Origin: Synechococcus elongatus PCC 6301
GTDB lineage: Bacteria; Cyanobacteriota; Cyanobacteriia; Synechococcales; Synechococcaceae
Direction: 5' to 3'
NCBI RefSeq assembly: GCF_000010065.1
Contig: NC_006576.1
Location: 1,500,001 to 1,532,000 of the forward strand
DNA length: 32,000 nucleotides
A program made the position numbers and the translations under genes. A model generated the notes under the pieces. The model had not been told where the DNA came from, searched no databases, and saw nothing but the letters and a program-made list of their open reading frames with translations. Every line of letters begins with the position of its first letter. The first letter of the stretch is position 1. Of the stretch, positions 1 through 7,741 are shown piece by piece.

Positions 1-869
1 CTTTTGTGGCGACAGCGAAGTCGGACTACTACTGGCGGGATGAACAGGGGCTGTTGCCGATCTCGAATCCGACAATGCTGTGGTCGCGCTGGCAGCGCAG
101 CTACTTTGACCCTTGGGATCGCTGGTTGATGAAGCATCCGCGCTGTCGAGCCGTTTTCCCACGCGATCGCCTGACGGCTGAGGGGTTACAGCAGCTTGGG
201 GTACCGGCGATCGCAGTCGGTAATCCGATGATGGACGGCCTCGAGGCACCGGAAGCTGCAGCTTGGTCCCCCCTTTTGCCGACGGGATCGCGTTGGTTGC
301 TGTTGCCAGGTTCTCGGCCGCCGGAAGCTCAGCGAAATTGGTCGCAGATCATTGATGCACTGCCGGTTGATCCCGACCGCGCTTTTGTGGCGTTGGCGGC
401 GATCGCGCCTTCCTTGCCGCTAGCGGAGTTCACGCAAGGTCTCAGCGATCGCGGTTGGCAACCTGCGGCTAGTCCGATTCCCGAGGCGATCGCCTTTCAA
501 AAAGGAGCAGGTTGGTGCCTACTGGGGCAGCGGAATTTCGCGCCGTTTCTACAACTTGCCGAGGGCGCGATCGGAATGGCTGACACCGCGACAGAGCAAT
601 GCGTGGGGCTCGGTAAGCCCGCTTTCACGATCGCGGGACAGGGGCCGCAGTTCACCCGTGGGTTCGCAGAAGCGCAGACTCGCTTGTTGGGGCAATCGGT
701 GCAGTTACTCTCTCAACCTTCGGACTTCCTAACCGCATGGGAGGCTTATCAAGCCGATCTAGCCATGCAAGAAGCGACCGCAACCAATGGACGCTTACGT
801 CTTGGAGAAGCGGGGGCAGCAGCCCGGATTGCCGAGGTCCTGCGATCGCAGCTGCTAGAGTCAGCGTGA
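1..869 (+). CDS. lipid-A-disaccharide synthase-related protein (C-terminal part, runs off left edge)
   Basis: Open frame continues to the window edge. It contains FPRDRLTAEGLQQLGVPAIAVGNPMMDGL and LLLPGSRPPEA, typical of the cyanobacterial LpxB-like glycosyltransferase family. The listed GTG at position 6 is unlikely to be the true start. Confidence 0.6.
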   Translation, partial: FVATAKSDYYWRDEQGLLPISNPTMLWSRWQRSYFDPWDRWLMKHPRCRAVFPRDRLTAEGLQQLGVPAIAVGNPMMDGLEAPEAAAWSPLLPTGSRWLLLPGSRPPEAQRNWSQIIDALPVDPDRAFVALAAIAPSLPLAEFTQGLSDRGWQPAASPIPEAIAFQKGAGWCLLGQRNFAPFLQLAEGAIGMADTATEQCVGLGKPAFTIAGQGPQFTRGFAEAQTRLLGQSVQLLSQPSDFLTAWEAYQADLAMQEATATNGRLRLGEAGAAARIAEVLRSQLLESA

Positions 870-888
870 TTTATTCCTGTTGCGCCCT

Positions 889-1374
889 ATGAGTTTGGCG
901 GAAGACGAGCGCTTTATGCGACGGGCGATCGCGCTGAGTCGGCAAGCAGGATTGATCGATTGTACGGGCGGGCCTTTTGGCTGTGTAATCACTCGCAACG
1001 GCGAGATCATCGCGGAAGGCTTCAATCAAGTCCTGACTGAAAGGGACCCGACTTGGCATGCTGAAATCGCCGCCATTCGACAAGCTTGCCAGCACCTACA
1101 AACTGTTGATTTATCGGGATGCACGCTCTACACCAGCGCGGAACCCTGTCCGATGTGTGCGGCAGCCGTTTACTGGGCCAAGCTCGAGCGCCTTGTTTTT
1201 GCGACCCGCTGCTCTGACACTGCTGCCTACGCCGAGTTTGATGACAGCACTATCTATGCTGAGATCCAAAAGCCAGCCCGCGATCGCACAATTCCCCATC
1301 AAGAACTGCTGCGATCGGAAGCTCAGATCGTTTGGCAAGACTATCAGCAACAACGCGATCGCACCCCGAATTGA
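889..1374 (+). CDS. nucleoside/guanine deaminase of the CMP/dCMP deaminase superfamily
   Basis: HAEI and SAEPCPMCAAAVYWA zinc-binding motifs. DPTWHAE and the YWA context resemble GuaD-type more than TadA. The start within the 880..1374 ORF is uncertain (ATG at 889). Confidence 0.75.
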   Translation: MSLAEDERFMRRAIALSRQAGLIDCTGGPFGCVITRNGEIIAEGFNQVLTERDPTWHAEIAAIRQACQHLQTVDLSGCTLYTSAEPCPMCAAAVYWAKLERLVFATRCSDTAAYAEFDDSTIYAEIQKPARDRTIPHQELLRSEAQIVWQDYQQQRDRTPN

Positions 1375-1589
1375 GGGCTGAGCGATCGCTCCTGATTGCT
1401 AACGATCCATCAACTCGCTCCGACCAGTCTCTAGACTGACCCCTCACGCTGGCAAAGATTGCACTGTCTAGTGTCTAGGGATCAGGCTGCAGCCGACTGA
1501 AATGGAGCAGCAATTTTTTGCAGCCAAAGAAAAGAAAATAGTGTTAACGTCTTGCATTAATTCGTCGCAATTAATCAAGAACTATTACG

Positions 1590-2147
1590 ATGCTGCAGAA
1601 AGTGACTCGCTTCTTGGGAATCCTTGCGCCACTTTGCTTAGCATCTTCGCTGTCTGCTGCGCCGCCCCCTGAAACCTTTGCCATCCGATCGACTGCAGAC
1701 CTCGAGCGTCTGTTAGCCGGTCTCAGCCGCGATCGCGATGCAGGCGCCCGCCAAGAAATTCAAGCCTTGATGGCGGTTCTTCTCGAAAAAGGGGTTCCCG
1801 TCCGCTATCAGCCCAACGGAGAACTGGGGCCCGGCCAGCGCTTTGTCCGTTTCGGCGTCTTTTCCACCAGCGGTCAACTGACCCTGACCGATCAGCCGCT
1901 GCGGGATACACGGACACTCTTGACTACGCTGCGCCATGAAGCTTGGCATGCCGTGCAAGCCTGCGCCACCAATGGCCGTCCTCGGGGACAACTCAAGCCG
2001 GTTGGCATCCGGACAACTGCAGCCGCGCAGCAAGCCGTGATTGACAAGGGCTATCGCCCTCACGACCACGCGATCGAAGCCGAAGCCTTTACCGCTCAGT
2101 TTGTGCCGTATCAGTCCTTAGAGGCACTGAGAGAGTATTGTCCATAG
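1590..2147 (+). CDS. small secreted protein with HExxH motif, putative zincin-like
   Basis: N-terminal signal-peptide-like segment (MLQKVTRFLGILAPLCLASSLSA) and HEAWH at 1935-1949, followed by a downstream EAEAF. Confidence 0.5.
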   Translation: MLQKVTRFLGILAPLCLASSLSAAPPPETFAIRSTADLERLLAGLSRDRDAGARQEIQALMAVLLEKGVPVRYQPNGELGPGQRFVRFGVFSTSGQLTLTDQPLRDTRTLLTTLRHEAWHAVQACATNGRPRGQLKPVGIRTTAAAQQAVIDKGYRPHDHAIEAEAFTAQFVPYQSLEALREYCP

Positions 2148-2448
2148 CTTGCAAGCGCGATCGCGCCATTGATTGACCATGCAGGCTGACCAAAAATGGG
2201 ACGCAGTAGGTCAGTAGAGCAGAAACCCAACGCGACTGCGTCATTTGGCCATTGGCTGTTGCCCAGCCATGGTTAATCGTAAACAGGAGCGTACCGATGA
2301 ATAACGCTACCCGCACAGCTGTCGCGATCGCCCGACGATCGCGACAGGTTTGACGAAAAGCGGCGATCGCAGACAACAGACACTCACTGGGACTCCGATC
2401 GACAGTCTGCACTGCCCCAGCTTGACCGACTGTCTGATTTGCCACCAA
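2089..2448 (-). CDS. small two-helix membrane protein, NrtS-like nitrate/nitrite transporter candidate
   Basis: VALFIGTLLFTINHGWATANGQMTQSRWVSALLTYCVPFLVSLHG resembles the NrtS family as recalled. The start may be GTG at 2445. Confidence 0.5.
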   Translation of the reverse strand: MVANQTVGQAGAVQTVDRSPSECLLSAIAAFRQTCRDRRAIATAVRVALFIGTLLFTINHGWATANGQMTQSRWVSALLTYCVPFLVSLHGQSMARSRLQAMDNTLSVPLRTDTAQTER

Positions 2449-2454
2449 TTGCCC

Positions 2455-3939
2455 CTAGCCTTTCAGCTTTTGGTTGAGGATTTGGTTCGAGAGCTTCGGA
2501 TCGACACGCCCACCCGTTTTCTTCATCAGTTGACCCACAAAGAAGCCCTGCAGCTTGGTTTTACCAGCACGGAACTGCTCTAGCTCCGTGGGGTGCGCCG
2601 CCAAAAGTTCATCAACTAGCGCTTCGATCTGCGCCGGATCGGAGATTTGCGTCAGACCCTTCGCTTCCACGATCGCTTTGGGAGAGCCACCTTTTTCCAG
2701 CAGTTCCGGCAGAATTTCCTTGGCAATTTTGCCGCTGATCGTGCCCGCTTCAATCAGGTTGACCAGTTCCGCCAAATCTTGTGGCTGCAGCGGCAGATCC
2801 GATACCAGCAATTTGTTGGCGTTGACGTAGGCCGCGATGTCGCCCATCAGCCAGTTGGCCGCCTGCTTAGCATCCGCACCGGCAGCCACGGTTGCTTCGT
2901 AGTAATCCGCCGTGCTTTTCTCGTCGGTCAGCACCCGCGCATCGTAGGCCGAAAGTCCATATTGCTCAGCGTAGCGATGGCGTTTTTGCGCCGGTAATTC
3001 CGGCAATTCACTGCGCCAGGTTTCCCGCTGAGTCTCGCTGACTTCGATCGGGCCGAGATCTGGTTCAGGGAAGTAGCGATAGTCGCTTGATCCCTCTTTG
3101 GAGCGCATCGACTTGGTGACTTGCTTGCCTTCATCCCAGAGACGAGTCTCTTGGACGATCGGCTCACCCGTTTCGAGGCAGCGAATCTGGCGCTCAATCT
3201 CGAACTCGATCGCCCGTTGAATGGCGTTGAACGAGTTCATATATTTGATTTCGACTTTGGTACCGAATTTCTCGGTGCCCTTGGGGCGAATCGAGATGTT
3301 GACGTCGCAGCGCAGCGAGCCTTCAGCCATGTTGCCGTCGCTGACGCCGAGGTAGCGCATGATCCGGCGCAGTTCTTGGGCGTATTCCGCTGCTTCCTTA
3401 CCCGTACGCAGATCGGGTTCCGAGACGATTTCCGCCAAGGCCACACCAGCGCGGTTGTAGTCCACCAAGGAGTGGGTCGAACCCGCGAGGCGATCGCTCC
3501 CAGCATGGACGAGTTTGCCCGCGTCCTCTTCCATGTGCAGGCGGGTCACGCCAATTTTCTTGGTGTAGGGTTCTTTGCCCTTCTCGGCGACCTCGATTTC
3601 AATCCAGCCATGTTCCGCGATCGGCAGGTCGTACTGCGAGATCTGATAGTTCTTAGGCAGGTCGGGATAGAAATACTGCTTGCGATCGAACTTGCTGTAG
3701 GGCGCAATCTGGCAGTTCAGCGCCAAACCGGCTTTGACGGCATACTCCAGCACCTTCTGGTTCAGCACCGGCAGGGTACCCGGCAGACCCAGCACCACCG
3801 GATCGATATGGGTGTTGGGGTCGGCACCAAACTCCGTCGAGGCGTTGGAGAAAATTTTAGTGGCGGTGCCGAGCTGGACGTGTGTTTCCAGACCGATAAC
3901 TGCTTCGTACTCAGTCTTTACAGGAGCCGTCGCTGTCAT
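2455..3939 (-). CDS. gatB: aspartyl/glutamyl-tRNA amidotransferase subunit B
   Basis: EAVIGLETHVQL, DLPKNYQISQYDLPIAEHG and SMRSKEGSSDYRYFPEPDLGP signatures. Start chosen at MTATAPV; the ORF opens at 3954. Confidence 0.97.
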   Translation of the reverse strand: MTATAPVKTEYEAVIGLETHVQLGTATKIFSNASTEFGADPNTHIDPVVLGLPGTLPVLNQKVLEYAVKAGLALNCQIAPYSKFDRKQYFYPDLPKNYQISQYDLPIAEHGWIEIEVAEKGKEPYTKKIGVTRLHMEEDAGKLVHAGSDRLAGSTHSLVDYNRAGVALAEIVSEPDLRTGKEAAEYAQELRRIMRYLGVSDGNMAEGSLRCDVNISIRPKGTEKFGTKVEIKYMNSFNAIQRAIEFEIERQIRCLETGEPIVQETRLWDEGKQVTKSMRSKEGSSDYRYFPEPDLGPIEVSETQRETWRSELPELPAQKRHRYAEQYGLSAYDARVLTDEKSTADYYEATVAAGADAKQAANWLMGDIAAYVNANKLLVSDLPLQPQDLAELVNLIEAGTISGKIAKEILPELLEKGGSPKAIVEAKGLTQISDPAQIEALVDELLAAHPTELEQFRAGKTKLQGFFVGQLMKKTGGRVDPKLSNQILNQKLKG

Positions 3940-4159
3940 AGCACCAAGGGGCAAAACACTTTGCCATTATATCGCTGCCCTTTGCCGATCCTGTCGCTGT
4001 CAGGCATTTAAGGGGGAAAGTAGCAGCGATCGCTTTAGCAGATATCATTACGAGCCTGTTTCCCGCCTGCACACTATCTGTCATTGACCAACAGAATCAG
4101 CCTGCTAAAGAGTGCCCATCTTCCATAGCGAGATCATGCCTCATTGGAGATTGGAAAAA

Positions 4160-5491
4160 TTAGTTTTTACATGACCAAGGAATAGGCACAATGTGGCCCA
4201 CCCAAGTACACGAAATTCTACTTCTGTAGGCACCATTATAATTAAGAATTTTCAGAATGATAAGTTCTAAGTACCACAAGCATATCTTCCAAGTTTCTGT
4301 TCTCACTGCAGAAGAGTGCCTTGCATATTTAACTCGATTTTTTTGAGTTGGATGAGTTATTGTATTTCGCATGGCTGTCATAGCGTCAGCTGAATCCATC
4401 CAATTCTCTGATTTGGCTAACTTAGATAACTCAACTAGTTCAGAAGGAATATCTGCAGACACTCCAGACCAATGAATAAGTAAACGTATTCTTTCAGCTG
4501 CAGAAATCCTCGTATAACCATCATTGCTAAGCCACTTTTCCCGTTCTACAAGAACGGCAGAAGAAAGTAATTCTAGCGCTGTTTGTGCTTGGATTATAGC
4601 TCCTTCTAACCCACCTGAGAATGCGTTAGCAGAAAGATACCAATGCAGGGCTGTTTGAAGAACTTCACGCCAATCCTCATCATCCCATAACGACATAAAA
4701 CTGCTGAATGGATCCTCAAGGACTTTTGAATACTGCATATCAGTCCATGTAAAACAATTTCTAAAGGGATCAACACGTGGACAAGACCATTCCATCACAC
4801 TTAAACCCGAGGAAGATCCATCATTACCAACTGGAAAAACACAGCCTATCCATCTTCCGACTGCGAAAGATAGATATAGAGAAAAAACATCTAGAACTTG
4901 AATACCTTCGCTAAATTGAAATTTAGAACCATCTAATCTTGTCAATCTCACTGAATGAGTGAGAGCATATCCTGACTGCTCACACAGCGAATTAAGTATG
5001 TTTTTATGTCCTTTTTTAGAATCAACAATAATTTTCCAGTCAGAACATATAAATTTAAGCCTAGCTCTACAAGAGGTTCCATCAGCATACATGATTGGGT
5101 CACCATAGATTTCATGTAGATTGACAATAGAGCAATCAATGTAATCCACTCTATATTGGGGATTATGTTGTATTTTTTGGCTCATAAAGCCAAAAATTGA
5201 CTCTTCTAATCCACCTGTGGAAATATGTGAAATCTTGCAATTCTTGATTAGCTTTTTATTTTTAAGATATAGATCGACAGTATCTAGTAATAGTGATTTT
5301 ATTGTTCCTATGGGCAACCCTGTAATAGAAAAGCGAACTGCAGGAATCGGAAGCCAAGTTAGCCAAATTCTTCCATTAGACTGAACCAGTACATCATCAA
5401 CATTGACGTAAATCTCGTCATTGTAAAATTCAATCTCTTGATTTAAATTGGTGGAAAAATGAATATCTTCCAATGCAAGAGGGTAGTTCAT
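4160..5491 (-). CDS. hypothetical protein with C-terminal HEPN-like domain (R-x4-H)
   Basis: 443-aa AT-rich ORF. C-terminal AQTALELLSS...AAERIRLLIHWSGVSADIPSELVEL...MTAMRNTITHP pattern, with the RNTITH motif at 4352-4369. Confidence 0.6.
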   Translation of the reverse strand: MNYPLALEDIHFSTNLNQEIEFYNDEIYVNVDDVLVQSNGRIWLTWLPIPAVRFSITGLPIGTIKSLLLDTVDLYLKNKKLIKNCKISHISTGGLEESIFGFMSQKIQHNPQYRVDYIDCSIVNLHEIYGDPIMYADGTSCRARLKFICSDWKIIVDSKKGHKNILNSLCEQSGYALTHSVRLTRLDGSKFQFSEGIQVLDVFSLYLSFAVGRWIGCVFPVGNDGSSSGLSVMEWSCPRVDPFRNCFTWTDMQYSKVLEDPFSSFMSLWDDEDWREVLQTALHWYLSANAFSGGLEGAIIQAQTALELLSSAVLVEREKWLSNDGYTRISAAERIRLLIHWSGVSADIPSELVELSKLAKSENWMDSADAMTAMRNTITHPTQKNRVKYARHSSAVRTETWKICLWYLELIILKILNYNGAYRSRISCTWVGHIVPIPWSCKN

Positions 5492-5525
5492 TGATTGAAT
5501 CTCGGAAAGAATCTAGATAATCATC

Positions 5526-5552
5526 ATGTTGAATTAGGTCTATATTCAACAT
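5526..5552. promoter_or_regulatory. perfect inverted repeat ATGTTGAAT-N9-ATTCAACAT upstream of the HEPN-like ORF
   Basis: Read directly from sequence. It lies about 35 bp upstream of the ATG at 5491. Confidence 0.5.
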
Positions 5553-5599
5553 CCTTGTTTTGGCTTTGTATCTCAATTAAATTATTAGTTAATTTGCTG

Positions 5600-5628
5600 T
5601 TTAGATAGTTAAGTTTTAGATAGTAAAG
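5600..5628. repeat. imperfect direct repeat TTTAGATAGTTAAG / TTTAGATAGTAAAG
   Basis: 5600-5613 and 5615-5628, 13 of 14 identical, spanning the stop codon of the pfkB-type gene. Confidence 0.6.
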
Positions 5629-6583
5629 ATTGAATAGCATCAGAAGTCGGCTGAGCTGCGATCGCGCCAGGATTCAGGGTCGTCAAGGCACCAGCAGCAC
5701 TAGCCCAGCGAATCGCTGTTTGCACCTGCTCTGCGCTCGTCCACTGGAAGTCCATTTGCGTGTTTTGCGCTAGCCAAGCAGCGACAAATGCATCTCCCGC
5801 GCCGGTCGTATCGATCGCCTTTACCGGAAAAGAGGGACAGTGACCCTGCCAACCAGCAACCCAGTAGTGGCAGCCGCGATCGCCATCCGTAATCAATACT
5901 GCTTGTAGCTGCGGTTGTCGGGCTTGAATTGTTGCTGGATCAACCGTGTCGAACAGCCATTCCGCTTCTTCTCTCGCTAATTTCAACTGCTGAATTTGAG
6001 GCAGGATGGCACGAATGCGATCGGGAGCCAAACTGGGATCAGGCCAGAAACTTGGTCGCCAGTTGACATCCAAGAGAACGGTCATTCCCTGCTGATTGGC
6101 CCAAGTCAGCGCTTGCTGCGCCGCGATCGCACTACTGGGATAAGCCAGCGGAATCGTGCCTAAGCAGAGCACTTTGGCCAAACGAAACCAAGCCTGCGGC
6201 AACTGCTCCGCTTGCAGTTCCGTATCCGCAAATTGATCGCAAGCGATCGCGCCAAACCCTCCGAACTGGCGATCGCCCTGAGCGGTTCGCAGCACTTGCA
6301 CCTGTCGGGTCGGCAGGCGGGGATGCCGCTGCACCGCCGCGATCGCCACGCCATTGTCTTGGAGAACTTGAAAGAGGCGATCGCCTTCAGGATCAGAACC
6401 GAGGCAGGTAATCAGTCCCGACTGAACACCAAGCTTGACTAGCGCCGTTGCAACATTGGCGGGAGCACCCCCCGGCCAAGGTGTCCAACTTTGCACCTGT
6501 TCCGCCGGAAGATCGCGATCGTTGGCCAAACAATCCCAGAGCATTTCTCCCAGACAGATGACCGTTGGCGCTTGGGCTGTCAT
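5609..6583 (-). CDS. PfkB-family carbohydrate kinase (fructokinase-like)
   Basis: CLGEMLWDCLAND, WPGGAPANVATAL and DTTGAGDAFVAAWLA motifs. Confidence 0.92.
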   Translation of the reverse strand: MTAQAPTVICLGEMLWDCLANDRDLPAEQVQSWTPWPGGAPANVATALVKLGVQSGLITCLGSDPEGDRLFQVLQDNGVAIAAVQRHPRLPTRQVQVLRTAQGDRQFGGFGAIACDQFADTELQAEQLPQAWFRLAKVLCLGTIPLAYPSSAIAAQQALTWANQQGMTVLLDVNWRPSFWPDPSLAPDRIRAILPQIQQLKLAREEAEWLFDTVDPATIQARQPQLQAVLITDGDRGCHYWVAGWQGHCPSFPVKAIDTTGAGDAFVAAWLAQNTQMDFQWTSAEQVQTAIRWASAAGALTTLNPGAIAAQPTSDAIQSLLSKT

Positions 6584-6735
6584 CCCCGCTTCCCCCGTGG
6601 ATCTTTCGCTTCACCCTAGCGAGTCTGCCAACGGAATCGAACGACCCACAAAAAGTGTAGGAAGCGTAGCGATCGCCACAAATATTTACAGAATATTGGC
6701 TAAGCTGTGGGCGCAGTCCGCGGAGGGCCTTGCCA

Positions 6736-7251
6736 ATGGCCTTAGTTCGACAAGTTGAAGTTCTTCCCGTCGAAAGCTTTCGTAGCGGTACTGCTCAGTT
6801 TTTTGCGCCCCAAACCTGCGATCAAACCATGGTGGTTGAGCTCGGTGCAGAGCAGGTGGAAGACTTATTTGTCCATCACTTCCAAACCGACCAACTAATG
6901 GTGCTACAGGGTCAGTTCGTTCTAGTCGTGCTAGAAAATCGGCGCTATCGCTATCTACCCCTGAGCGATCCCAAACGGGAAGTGGTGCGGATTCCGCCGG
7001 GGATTCCCCACGGAGCAGTCAATCTCAGTGGCGAACCTTGCCTACTAGTCAATGCGGTTATTCGCCATGGGGAACCGTGCGATCGCGATTATCGACCGCT
7101 GCAGCCTCCCCTGCCCTACGACTGGGCAGCCATTCAGCAGGCATTGCAGAGCCTGCGATCGCCGCGCCAGCCGCAACCACTACCTAGACAAAGGAATCGA
7201 GATCAAGGGACTTCAGGCCACCTTGCTCAATCTGGCGCATCACATTCGTAA
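6736..7251 (+). CDS. cupin-fold protein (sugar-epimerase/ dTDP-sugar isomerase-like)
   Basis: Cupin pattern: VHHFQTDQLMVLQGQFVLVVLENRRYRYLPL...RIPPGIPHGAVNLSGEPCLLVNAV. ATG at 6736 preferred over TTG at 6730. Confidence 0.65.
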   Translation: MALVRQVEVLPVESFRSGTAQFFAPQTCDQTMVVELGAEQVEDLFVHHFQTDQLMVLQGQFVLVVLENRRYRYLPLSDPKREVVRIPPGIPHGAVNLSGEPCLLVNAVIRHGEPCDRDYRPLQPPLPYDWAAIQQALQSLRSPRQPQPLPRQRNRDQGTSGHLAQSGASHS

Positions 7252-7555
7252 GCTGCCACCAAACCAGCCCTGCCGTCAGCACTGTCAGCGGTAGGGCGAT
7301 CGCGGCAGCAAACCAAGCCGGAAATCCAAAAATTTGCATACCAGCAGCCAAGAACAAGCCGACGCCGATCACCATGGCCAGATAGGGCAAACGCAGTTCA
7401 ACACCCCGCAGAGCGGAGAGTGGCGTCTCTGGGTCAACCAACCATTGCCGGACCAACTGCTTGAGGATTGCAGCAAAGGCAGAACCACTGGTGACCGCAG
7501 CCAAAAACCCTGCAATCAGCAGAAAGTAGGGGGGCTGATCTGGAAAGTAGTACAA
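7184..7555 (-). CDS. conserved cyanobacterial-type membrane protein (two to three TM segments)
   Basis: Hydrophobic segments FLLIAGFLAAVTSGSAFAAIL, LAMVIGVGLFLAAG and FAAAIALPLTVLTAGLVWW. Confidence 0.65.
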   Translation of the reverse strand: MYYFPDQPPYFLLIAGFLAAVTSGSAFAAILKQLVRQWLVDPETPLSALRGVELRLPYLAMVIGVGLFLAAGMQIFGFPAWFAAAIALPLTVLTAGLVWWQLTNVMRQIEQGGLKSLDLDSFV

Positions 7556-7741
7556 GCAGACCTCAGAGATGCAACGGCTTTGATCCTAGCGGCTTAGATG
7601 AGCTTGACAGCGCGCAGGCCGAACAGCAGCGCGATCGCAGTAAAAATGCCACCGCCAAGAACCAAGCCAAAAAAGACTGCGCCCATAATTTCAGTTCTGA
7701 ACTTGCACGCTCTTTATTGAAGCAGAAGCAGCGCCCAGCAC

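Noticed and set aside
3121-4011. 296-aa plus-strand ORF opposite gatB
   Set aside because: Antisense shadow of gatB with a repetitive FDFDFG-like composition caused by the complementary codons.
4948-5139. 63-aa plus-strand ORF inside the HEPN-like gene
   Set aside because: Short antisense ORF in AT-rich DNA without motifs. Could only be revisited as an antitoxin candidate if transcription is shown.
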